The notes beneath the pieces were generated by a model that saw nothing but the letters and a program-made list of their open reading frames with translations, had not been told where the DNA came from and did not search any database. Positions 38,755 to 49,790 of a DNA stretch of 64,000 nucleotides are shown here, piece after piece (the first letter of the stretch is position 1; each line of letters starts with the position of its first letter). The stretch is from contig NC_043003.1 in the NCBI RefSeq assembly GCF_006345805.1, positions 108,066,001 to 108,130,000 of the forward strand, in the 5' to 3' direction. The position numbers were made by a program, and so were the translations under genes. This DNA comes from Octopus sinensis. Taxonomy: Eukaryota.

Positions 38755-38944
38755 AACAGATATTGTTGTATTTAGGAATGGTCATTTTGCCAGGAGTGTG
38801 ACGAAAGAACTCTGGCCGAAATAAGATTAAGATTAATGTAAAAAATAAATAACACTGAAGCAAAGTAACACCAAATATATAGTGCGTGTGTTTCTATTGG
38901 CTAAACTGGCAAAATGACCATTCCTCAATACAACAATATCTGTT
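38755..38944. mobile_element. Short MITE with 39-bp TIRs
   Basis: AACAGATATTGTTGTATTTAGGAATGGTCATTTTGCCAG vs CTGGCAAAATGACCATTCCTCAATACAACAATATCTGTT. Confidence 0.85.
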
Positions 38945-39269
38945 AATATATTTTATGGTTTATTCAGAGAGAATAGGTGTTTGTATGGTGTAGATATTAA
39001 AAAGGAAAATAGAGCTCAGAACATTCAGAACTAGGCACGGTATTATTAATATGGTTTAGTGTAAAACAGTTGGAGAGAAAAGCGATTTCAGGGCAAACAG
39101 TCCTTTGAAAATATCACTCAATTACGCAGTTATGCAATCACTAGATGTGGGTATCAGAAGGATTGGAAGTTGGTAACATTTGAAGTACAACTCGGTATTA
39201 TTAAACTTTTATACACACGCGCGCGCGCACACGCACAAACACACATACACATATGTATATTACACCTAC

Positions 39270-39612
39270 ATAATGATGTGATGGCTGCCCCCTCGTTATC
39301 GAGTATGGCCATTGCACGAAGCTAAACTGTTACTGGTGCTGTGATCGAATGTGACTTTTTAGCCCACCCAAAGATCTACAATGTCTTGTACAGAATTGGC
39401 AACTAAAACCTTTACTGGTAATAGCCGGCTGTAGTTGTAACTGGGCTTCATGTACCTTTGCATGTCGTTAAGTCCTCCTGCCGAATGACACTCTCTTCCA
39501 CATGCCCAACAGATATGATTAGTATGGTGTGTTACACCACCACCAGTGGCCAGGTTGTCACTCATCTGTCTCGCTTTATGACTACGAAGATGACTCTTGA
39601 GTCCAGCTTTAC
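39270..39612 (-). mobile_element. 3' end of an RTE-like LINE with C2H2-like repeats
   Basis: SKAGLKSHLRSH; CWACGRECHSAGGL(K)RHAKVH; CQFCTRHCRSLGGLKSHIRSQH (one frameshift); tail GATAACGAGGGGCAGCCATC. Confidence 0.7.
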
Positions 39613-39650
39613 TACATACATACATACATACATACATACATACATACATA

Positions 39651-39910
39651 CAACTGCTTCGAAACCTCCAGCTTCTATATCCAGATTATAAAAATTCACA
39701 TTTCTACCAATGGTAATTGGTGCACTTGGCTTCGTGAGTAAATGCCTTCGTGTCAATTTGGATAAGCTATGCTTTTCAGAAAACATTTCGCAAGTTTAAA
39801 ATGTGATATTGTATTTGCTATCTACATTCCAACGATGAAACTTTGTATATTTGTTAGAAACCAGCTGCTTCCTAAGGGGAAGAAATTAAATAAATAAAAA
39901 CAGAAGAATA
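39651..39910 (+). mobile_element. 3' fragment of an R4/Dong-type LINE
   Basis: QLLRNLQLLYPDYK(F)TFLPMVIGALGFVSKCL...KTFRKFKM*, homologous to 62730-62940. Confidence 0.85.
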
Positions 39911-40148
39911 TATAAATATGGTGTTCTCTACAACTACTAAGAGACATAAAATGAAAGAAAAATGGATTATATGGAAATATTATTTCAAATATTCTTTTAC
40001 TCATAAGAAAAAAAATTTCTTATTGTAATAATTATTATAAACCCTACAGTGCTTCTCTCCCTATAAAGGGATCTTCATCTCTCTTCTCCCCCCTCTCTCA
40101 CTACTTCTCTTACTCCGGAAGTAACCTTAGGAGGCAGCTTCAGCAACA

Positions 40149-40530
40149 GTCTGGCCCAGTGGTTAGGGCAGCGGACTCGTTGTCGGAGGATCGCAGTTTC
40201 GATTCTCAGACCGGGCGTTGTGTGTGTTTATTGAGCGAAAACACCTACAGCTCCACAAGACTCCGGCAGGGGGTGGTGACGACCCCTGGTGTATTCTTTC
40301 GTTCCAACTTTCTCTCACTCTCTCTTCCTGTTTCTTGTCCCCGACTTCCTGCGCAACCGCTGAGCCTGGATGCGCATTCATCCATCCGTCGATGCTCTCG
40401 GTGTCGGGGATTGACCTGCTTTCTCTTCTGCGGGTCTTACGAATAGCAAAGGACCACGTTTCGGACTTCTCCCATCTTGCGAGCTGTGGGACGAAGACCG
40501 TTCGCTCAATAGTAACAGCAGCAACAGTCA
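40149..40530 (+). mobile_element. tRNA-derived SINE, 3' module type A
   Basis: TGGCCCAGTGGTTAGGGCAGCGGACTCG...GTTTCGATTCTC head shared with 56215-56376. Confidence 0.85.
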
Positions 40531-41259
40531 CCAGTCAAATTTCCCACAGATATATATATGATTGATTGATTGATTCTAGTTTCAGCTCACGAGCTGTGGC
40601 CATGCTGGGACATATATATAGTAGCAATACCCAGTGCTGTTAAGGGTGCCAAATTAGCAGGCCTCGACTGTATAATGGATTTGTTTTAAAGGGTCACGAA
40701 TTGGCAGAATTGGTTGAAGATCAAACAAAAATGAATTGCGGCACTTAATTATTATCCTTTACATTCAAAGTTCAAATCCCGATAGGATCGACTTTGCTGT
40801 GAATCCTTCTGTGTATAAAATATGTAATGCAGTCGATATAATCGATTATATCCGTCCTCACAAATACTTTTCCTGATGCCGAGGTTAAAAATCAATACAT
40901 TGGGATTCTTTCAATCGATCTGATCCTCATCGATAACATCTAATCGATATTTTATGTATCTTATTTCAGCAATTTGCTTTTCATAATTATAAACATAATT
41001 TCTTATCGTCGATGGAGTAGTTAAATGCAAGATAGGATATTTTCTGAATGCATAAAGCCTGAAATGTGTGTGAAAGGGGACAGACGGAGGCTTGAATATT
41101 GCGTCGAATTATGAGCGGCAGGAATTGGGAAGTTATGCTTTCAATAAAAAGTATATAAACTCTACATCATAACATATTTATTGAACAAGGATTTCCTTAG
41201 TCCTGTAACACACACACACACACACACACACATACATACACATACACACACACACACAT

Positions 41260-41472
41260 ATTTCTTTTATTTCTTTTATTTGTTTCAATCATTTGACCAC
41301 GGCCATGCTGGAGCACCACCTTTAGTCGAGCAAATCGACCCCAGAACTTATTCTTTGTAAGCCTAGTACTTATTCTATCGGTCTCTCTTGCCGAACCGCT
41401 AAGTGACGGGGACGTAAACACACCAGCATCAGTTGTCAAGCGATGTTGGGGGGGGGACAAACACAAACACAA

Positions 41473-41511
<39 letters not shown>

Positions 41512-41670
41512 CGACGGGCTTCTTTCGGTTTCCGTCTACCAAATCCACTCACAAGGCTTTGGTCGGCCCAAGGCTATAGTAGGAGACGACACTTACCCAA
41601 GGTGCCACGCAGTGGGACTGAACCCGGAACCATGTGTTTGGTAAGCAACCTACTTACCACAGAGCCACTT
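41260..41670 (-). mobile_element. tRNA-derived SINE with internal (CA)n/(TA)n
   Basis: Complete head (GCAGTGGGACTGAACCCGG), core and TGCCGAACCGCTAAG tail. Confidence 0.9.
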
Positions 41671-42310
41671 GTGCGCATATATGTATGTGTGTATTCGTAC
41701 TCACACCAACCTACATATACATATATGCATATATGCATATATTCATATATATATATATATACACACATATATATATATATGTATTTATGTAAATATATAC
41801 ATACATATACACACACCCTCGAATGTGTGTACACATATACACACATGCGCAAATAGATATGTATAGCTACTACACACACATAAATCTACCCCAGAAAGCG
41901 CATTCTAATTCGCCTAAACGAAGTATTTCATCTGTAGACAGCTCTACAACTAAGTAGATATTTATTGAGGCTATAACACTTATTCTAGTGGCTCTTCAGT
42001 TTTTCTAAGCCCTGTAAAAGAACAAGGAAGGTTGGGCCTCCAGCCTGGCATTTCGTAATACCGTAAATGACAGAAACTTTTCAGCAATCCCTCATATGTT
42101 TATGGTTTTTTATGAATTCATATCAGCAAAAGATGTAAGCATCGACGAGACAAGCAAAGTACACCGAGGTTTTCGAGTAAGAATACTTTGTGTTATTTCA
42201 TCTGTCCATGTTTCGCTCCTTTGTTCCTTTTGTCATCGTAAATAACAGTGAACCAATGTGTGCCACGTTGGGACTATCAAACCATCGATGCGTTACTCAT
42301 AAAATGCGAT

Positions 42311-42393
<83 letters not shown>

Positions 42394-42395
42394 CT

Positions 42396-42481
42396 TTACG
42401 TTATATAATTAGGGTTCAGTACAAAAAGTTCGGTGTGTGGTAAAGTAATTTTTTTTACTGAACCCTAATTATATAACGTAA
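42396..42481. repeat. 26-bp perfect inverted repeat, 34-nt spacer
   Basis: TTACGTTATATAATTAGGGTTCAGTA / TACTGAACCCTAATTATATAACGTAA. Confidence 0.95.
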
Positions 42482-42717
42482 TGTTTTAAATATACCGTAA
42501 ATGGTCTTTTTACATACTGAACAGTACTTGGTAAAATTATTAATTAATAATTAATTAGTTTTACCCTTCTATTATTGACTATATATATATATATATTGGC
42601 CTGCTCGCTTAGCCAGCAGGGTGGCGTCATTCGAAGGCTAAAACAATGCGAACGCATTGTGACCAGCGAAGTGTAACAACATCTGATGCTCTGGTCGGTC
42701 ACGTGATCACGTGATAT

Positions 42718-42784
<67 letters not shown>

Positions 42785-43521
42785 ATGTATTCCAATGTGT
42801 TCTTCCTGGAGAATTCTATAGTTTTATATCAACAGTCTGTCTATGATTCCATGAAGAATATTTTCCCGAAATGGGGAGAGGCGGTTCCACCTAGGGATTG
42901 AAAGTGATTAAAAGAATCGGTCCACAACTGTATTTATACTTTTTCTATACAGAGACGTCCTTTATTTCAGGAATACTTAAGGACCGGGACATTGTGACAT
43001 TCCTCTCTTTCTTCCGATGCATTAGAAGAATTAAATGAAGTGATGTAATGTTAATCGAGAATCGAAGCCGAATGACAAACTTTTTCTTGCCGCACAATTC
43101 GATTCGCAATACTTTCCATTGTTTCGTCGACATCAAAATATCATTTAGATATTGCTCTATTCTCATTTGCCGCTTATCTCCTCACCATTTACAGCCTTGT
43201 CTCCTCGCTTTCTCCATAATCCTCCACCAATTTTCCTTTTTCTTAATCTTTCATTTCCCTGCTCATCTCTAATACTTTCTACGCATCCACTTCCTCCTCT
43301 TTTACCTCCCTTGTCACTCTTTACCTTTTCTATTATCCTTTTTATTTATTTCTTCTTCATTCTTGCATTCGTACACTTTTCTCTTCACGAAACCCAATGT
43401 ATGTTCATTTTGAAATATGCTACACTCCTTCATTTTCTCTTACCATCTGTCTCTCTCGCTCTCTCACTCTCTTACTCTCCCACTTTCTACCCCCCTCGTT
43501 TCTATTTCTGTCTGGCTACAA

Positions 43522-43602
<81 letters not shown>

Positions 43603-44289
43603 ATCTATCTGTCAATGTATCTACGTTCTTCCCACTACTCTGCTATTCTTCGCCCATTTCGACTCATTTCAACTCATTAATCTGATTACCGCCTGAATAA
43701 GAATTGGCGTTCGAAGGTGTAATGAAGCAGTCGATCTATACCTCCATGCCCAATGTAAGTTATTCATGTATTCCAAGCAAATAATAAACTATTCTGCTGA
43801 TACAAATGCATCCAGACATATGCAAGCGCACACACATACATATGTGTGTGTATCTGTGCATGTATATATATATATATATATATTCACACAGATATGTTCA
43901 TACATATATACACACACAGACAGATACGCATACACACATCACATATGGATGAATGACTCATGTTCGATTGCATTTGTTTGTCTTCAGATTGGACACATTT
44001 GCATTCTCTTTTTCCTGCAACGCAAAAAGACAACGGAGTTCAAACTAAGATTTCTTCTATCATTTACATATAAAGTGGTGAACCTGCAAGAAAGACTCTA
44101 CTCGGTCGTTACACATCCTAGAAATAGCAACCAAATTCCTAAACACCTTAGAAAAGAGAGAAAAATATTTTTATATGATGAAGTTAAAAGAACTCACCGT
44201 TTAGTTAAACGACGAAACCACTACAATTCGAATGACATCGATCACAGATTTGCTCGAAGAATATTGACCTAGGGTTAAAATTTCTATAT

Positions 44290-44445
44290 GCAAGGAGGCT
44301 GTGTGGTTAGAAGCCTGCTTTCTAACCACATGGTACCTGGTTCAATCCCACTGCGTAGACCTTAGGTGAGTGTCTTCTACTATAGCTTCGGGCTGACCAA
44401 AGCGTTATGAGTGGATTTGCTAGATGAAAATATATATACCGTCGT
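44290..44445 (+). mobile_element. SINE 5' half, interrupted by a mariner
   Basis: GTGTGGTTAGAAGCCTGCTTTCTAACCACATGG...GGTTCAATCCCACTGCG. Confidence 0.8.
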
Positions 44446-44450
44446 ATATA

Positions 44451-44935
44451 TTGGGTCAACCCATTAATAATGCGGCTTTTCAATTGTATGAACTAAAAGT
44501 CGGAGGGGGACGGGATAAACTACCTGCATTAACTTCCTATAAAAGGTAGTAATTTTACTTTCTACTTATTCTTAGTGCAAGATTTGAAGAATGCAGTTCA
44601 ATTTTAACAGTTATTTTTTTTTCAGAGCTATAATGGAAGGGACAAGGGATTATATCCGGCATATTTTGCTTTATGAGTTCTATAACGGCAACAACGGAAC
44701 AGAAAGTACGAGGAATATTAATGCAGTAAATGGGGATCGGACAATAAACGTAAGCCACTGTCAACGGTGGTTCTAGAAATTCTGAGCTGGAAATTACAGC
44801 CTAGAAGACAAACCTAGTCCTCTAAGATCTGTAGAGCTCGTCGAAGACGTTCTGCAAACCCTGGTGGAACAAAATCCCATCGTAACTGTTGAGGAACCAG
44901 CAGGGAAGCTTGGATTTGGTCATTCAACTATTCAC
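44451..44935 (+). mobile_element. Mariner 5' fragment
   Basis: TA-TTGGGTCAACCC terminus; YIRHILLYEF...CQRWF*KF...SLEDKP...LVEQNP HTH region. Confidence 0.85.
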
Positions 44936-46098
44936 TTTGATCTTTTAGACTTTGATCAGCCTTGATATTAAGCTGACCTTAGTTAAAATGTATTCCAACC
45001 AGGATCACTCTTTCTTTAGTCCACTCAAATATCTAGAATTACATACCTAATGTGTCCTTCTGCATTAAGTATGGTAATGTGCGATGTAAGGTAGAAGGAA
45101 GTGCTACCTCTTGAATGTAGAGTGACATCGTAGAGAGCAAGCTGAATCTGGAAGAATGTAGATGTTTTTGTTCTTGTTGCTGTTATTATTTAGGTCTGGG
45201 AAGACCCTTGTCGAAGAGACCTACGGTCAATGGCATACTGGTTAAGACAACCCCGCCACTTTAAGGATTGTTTTAGGCAAAACATCGTTCTCTGCCAAAA
45301 TAAAAATTGCCCACGATACGCCATATGTCACGACGGCACCCCTATGATCCCATTAAAAAGATGAAAGCCCAATGAGAGACAAGTCAAATTAAGACGGGAC
45401 CAGACTCCATATTTCCCAAAGGGTCCAACTCTGATACTGTAAGGTATGATTTACTGGTGACTGCTATTTCTAGCCGACCAAATAGTTGTGGTGGATGGAA
45501 ATTGTAGTGAAATGCTGGCATTATCGACGTGTGAATTTGTATTTGTGTATATATGTGTGCATTTGTATGTGTGTTTGAGTGTATGCGTGTGTGAGTGTGT
45601 GTGTGTGAGTGTATGTATGTGTCACGCTGTTACTGCTACTGTTGTTGTTGTTGTTGCTTTCGCTGCTGCTGCTGCTGGTGTCATTGTCAATTTCAGTTTG
45701 CCATAATGCAAGTAAAAGCATTAATGACAATAATGGAGGCACTGAATGATGGCTGCATTGGTCAAGGTTTGTGTTTAGATGGGAAATTTGTTTATTTTGT
45801 TTAGGACTACAATGGTGGTATTTAGTGGTTGCGATGGTATCAACAGTCTAGCGTGAAACGATTGTTTGCAGGGAGAAGCAAATATGGAAGTGCTTTTTGG
45901 TTAAGTGAACTTCGTTGGATTTTCACAAGATGGACGATTCTACGACGAGATTCTGTTGTCAAGACGTAAACTGATGGACGTGTAGATTTACGTTTGTTAC
46001 TGTCGGTGCCGCTGTTGTTCCTGTTATTGTTGTTGTGGTGGATGGAAGTTGTAGTGAAATGCTGGCATGTATGTTAGTGTGTGTGTGTATGTGTGTGT

Positions 46099-46131
<33 letters not shown>

Positions 46132-46144
46132 TATTTATGTATGT

Positions 46145-46365
46145 AAAGGTACAGGCATGGTTGAGTGGTAAGAAGCCTGCTTCCTAACCACATGGTTCCT
46201 GGTTCGGTCCCGCTGCGTGGGACCTTGGGCAAATGTCTCCTGCTCTAGCTTCTGGCCGACCAAGACTTCTGAATGGATTTGGTAGACGAAAACTCTGTGA
46301 GTGTGTGTGTGTGTGGGGGGGGGTCCTTGCGTCTGTGTTTGTTCCCCACCACCGCTTCCAAAGGG
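46145..46365 (+). mobile_element. tRNA-derived SINE (uninterrupted paralog of 47452/49437)
   Basis: Shares the upstream flank GTGTATTTATGTATGTAAAGGT and private variants (AAATGTCTCCTGCTCTAGC) with the split copy. Confidence 0.9.
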
Positions 46366-46499
46366 AAGTCTGTTCCAGGATACTTATAATTACAGACATT
46401 CTGGTCATGGCCATCACGACGTTTGAAGGGTGTTGGTGTTGTTGTTGCTGTTTAGATCAACTTTCTGTTGTGATAAAGTAAACATATGTTGAAAGGTTG

Positions 46500-46659
46500 T
46501 TCCTCTACCGTCACCAACACCACCGCCACCACCACATCACTATATATATCACCAACATCACTGCAACCTCTATCGCTATCACCATCACCACCACCAACGA
46601 CAACAACATCAACAACAACAACTACAACTACTACTGCTGCAGCTGCTGCTGCTGCTGCA

Positions 46660-46718
<59 letters not shown>

Positions 46719-47100
46719 AGCTGTTACCTGCTATTACTACAACTGCTGCTACTACTATTGCAGCTACCACTACAACTGCTGCTGCTGCTGCTACTACTAC
46801 TACATGTAATACCGCAACTGCTATAGCCAACAAAATCACTACTACAACTATTACCACTACCACCACTACCACAAGGACTACAGCAATCTCCCTTAACTCC
46901 ATCATCACTACCATCACCACTGTAACATCACCATTACCACCACCACCGACATCGTCACCAGCATCACTAAACCCAATGCCATCAGTTCCACTACCACTAC
47001 TATCATCATTACCACCACCAATACCACCACCACCATCACTACCACCAACATCAACATCACTTCCATCAACACGACCATCACTACAAAGATCATCGTCGCT
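46500..47100. repeat. Compound trinucleotide array (ACC/AAC/GCT/ACT)
   Basis: Directly visible; poly-T/poly-Y ORFs are artefacts. Confidence 0.93.
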
Positions 47101-47451
47101 TATTACCTAAGGCTCATGATACTGTCGTATCTTCTTAAGGGTGCTATTCGAAAGGAGGTCAGCTCTGATCAAGCAAATTTATGATTAAATGCATTCCATC
47201 CATGACCATGAGGTCTTTTTAGGTGTGTGTATGTGTGTAATTGCATCATGCAAATTGACTTTTTCATATATAAAGTTGTGTCGCGAGACGTTTGCGTTGC
47301 AGTCCCGTAACGACGAGTTCAGTCCCACTGCGTGGTACTTCTCTAGCTCCGAGTCGAGCAAAACCTTGTGAATGCACTTGATTGACGCTAACTGAAAGCA
47401 TATCCTATGTATGTGTGTGTGTGTGTGTGTGTGCGTGTATTTATGTATGTA

Positions 47452-47490
47452 AAGGTGCAGGCATGGTTGAGTGGTAAGAAGCTTGCTTCC
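47452..47490 (+). mobile_element. SINE head, 5' half (interrupted)
   Basis: Continues at 49437 after a duplicated 15-mer. Confidence 0.9.
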
Positions 47491-49436
47491 GTTTCCGGTC
47501 GTTAGCCTTTCTTCTCTCTGCCGTTGAAGTCGTCACGCTGGTTCGCAGCTGGCGAAAATTAAAAGACGCTCTACAGTAAGGTAAGACTTTTTGCTTTTTG
47601 GGTCCGGTAGGATTTGTTGTCTGTTGGTTTTATTTTTTTGAACAGGCAGGGAGTCTTTACCGGATTCGAAGCTTGTTGTCTGCCTTGCAGTGGAGACGTA
47701 TGTGTTTTCTCACATAATTGTGAGAAATTATTTTTTACCTGTGGATTATTGGGCCAGGAGTACCTTTTCGGCCGAAAATTAATTTATTCCTTTGCCTGGA
47801 TTTGAACTCTCTTCTTCAAAGCTTTCGTTTATTTAAAAAAAAAAAGAACTTTTTTGAACTGTTATTTTTATTTTATTTCTTCCCTTCTGTTGTGTATTTC
47901 CTTCTTCTTTTTTTGTGTCTTATTTTCTTTTCTTACATTTTGAACTGTAATTGAAATTTGTGTTGAAGTGGCAAAGGAATTTCTTGTGTGGGACTTGACA
48001 CTTCCCAAAAAATGTTTAAAAGAGCTCGAAAGGAAGACGGTGGTGTTGAGGACTTATTCAAAGTCGCTCGACACCATAACCGTCTTTCTGAGGGCCACAA
48101 TTTTGAATGAGCTCGCAGATTACATGCCAGCCATTAAATTTATTTCACGGGGAGTCAAGTATGCAACGGTCTGGTTGCTATTTGACTCCCCCCCCCCCAA
48201 GAAGCTTGCGATTTTGCAAGTCAACCCCTCGAGGGCGAGGAAATAATGTTTCTTCCAAGTTACTGAGGAAAGAAATTATTGAGAGCTTGGATCTGCGGTT
48301 TGCCACCCGGAGTTGAGCCCGAGTGGATAGAGGACTCTATCCGCTGGGGTCTGGGTGGTAGCAGTACCAAACTGCTTAATGTGAAAGTGTTGCCTGCGGC
48401 TGATTGGGAGGGGTCAAAAGCTGTTTTGACCCTATGGACCCAATCAGCCAAAAGTCTGGTCTTTCCAGATTTTTTGAGGATGGCCCGGTCTAGGTATCCG
48501 GTGATGGTCGAGGGACGCCCCCCCCCAATTGTCACCTATGCCTGGAGACTGGCCACATTAAGAAAAACTGCCCCAAGGACCAAAATAGGATCCGGGAGCA
48601 GTTAATAGTGGAATCTCCCCCTGCTCCCTCAATGGAGGGAGAGAAGGAGGAGGATGATGAGGAGGTTTCTACATCCTCAAAAAAATTAAAACGAAAGGTG
48701 GGCAACAATGGTTGCCCACCGGAGGACCCAAGGGCTGCGGGAGAAAAGGAGGACCTGTTGCGTGCGTCACAGGAACCTCACCCTCTCGCGGCCCAAGGGA
48801 AAAAGAAAAAAAGAAAGAAGAAAAACGGGACATCGCCGGCGGGTTGTGACACACTGCGGGCGTGTCCCAATACTCCTCCGGCGGGTGTGCCGCTGAAGGT
48901 TGAATATGTGGCCCTCTTCCACAAAGGAGGAACCATAGAAAACGAAGTAAAGAAAATGGAAAGGAGGGGCCGATGAGAGGGACTTCTGTCCTGCACGGAG
49001 GATCTGAGTGACCTTCGCAGGTGGCTGCAGAGGTCCTATGGTATAGTGATCTGTGCAGAGTCATGAATTCCTTCCCGGAGGACTCCTATAAGTTTATACC
49101 TGTGTGGTCCGGCCTGGAACCGGGTGCATGCTTCAATGAAGCAAGGATACTGGTCGGCCGGGGAACCTGAACGAGTCTAGAAAATGTGAAACATGTGACT
49201 TTTTGTGTGTTTTTCTGAACATTGTGTTATTTAAGTAAGGGGTTTATTGCCTCATTGTGTTTTGGGGGAAAAAGGAAAAAAGAACATTGTTTTAGAGAAG
49301 CGAAAGTCGGCGGGCGCTTTTCGACTTCTCCCACCATCATAATTTTTGCATCACCATCATTCATACCATTAATGTCCATGTCCATCCCGCAAAGCTTCCA
49401 TCTGTGTAATGCCCTTGTGGCAAATTATATGAAATA
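47491..49436 (+). mobile_element. ORF1-only L1/Tx1-like retroelement with 15-bp TSD
   Basis: TSD AAGAAGCYTGCTTCC at 47476-47490 and 49437-49451; gag-like ORF; no RT/endonuclease seen; 3' end GCCCTTGTGGCAAATTATATGAAATA. Confidence 0.82.
47968..49070 (+). pseudogene. Degenerate LINE ORF1 (RRM-like region + CCHC zinc knuckle + basic/acidic tail)
   Basis: Reconstruction across poly-C frameshifts: LLFDS.QEACDFA...Y*GKKLLRAWICGLPPGV...VMVEGRPP.CHLCLETGHIKKNCP (C-x2-C-x4-H-x4-C at about 48530-48575). Confidence 0.8.
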
Positions 49437-49790
49437 AAGAAGCCTGCTTCCTAACCACATGGTTCCTGTTTCAGTCCCGCTGTGTGAGACCTTGGGCAAA
49501 TGTCTCCTGCTCTAGCCTCTGGCCGACTAAGATATCTGAATGGATTTGGTAGACGAAAACTGTGTGTGTGTGGGGGGTGTCTTTGTGTCTGCGTTTGTTC
49601 CCCACCACCGCTTGACAACCGGTGTTGGTGTGTTTACGTTTTCGTTGCTTAACGGTTTGGCAAGACATTCCGATAGAATAAATATCAAAAATTTATTTAA
49701 AAACTGTACTGGGGTCGATTCATTCGGCTAATAATCCTCTCCAAAGCGTTGCACCAGCATGGCCATAGTCTAATTACTGAAACATGTAAA
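49437..49790 (+). mobile_element. SINE, 3' remainder of the interrupted copy
   Basis: CTAACCACATGGTTCCTGTTTCAGTCCC...CACCACCGCTTGACAACCGG...GCACCAGCATGGCC. Confidence 0.9.

Noticed and set aside
48199-48209. Internal AAGAAGCTTGC matching the first 11 nt of the target duplication of the ORF1-only element
   Set aside because: It lies in coding sequence (QEAC), was noticed post hoc, and no mechanism is evident. Treated as chance unless conserved across copies.
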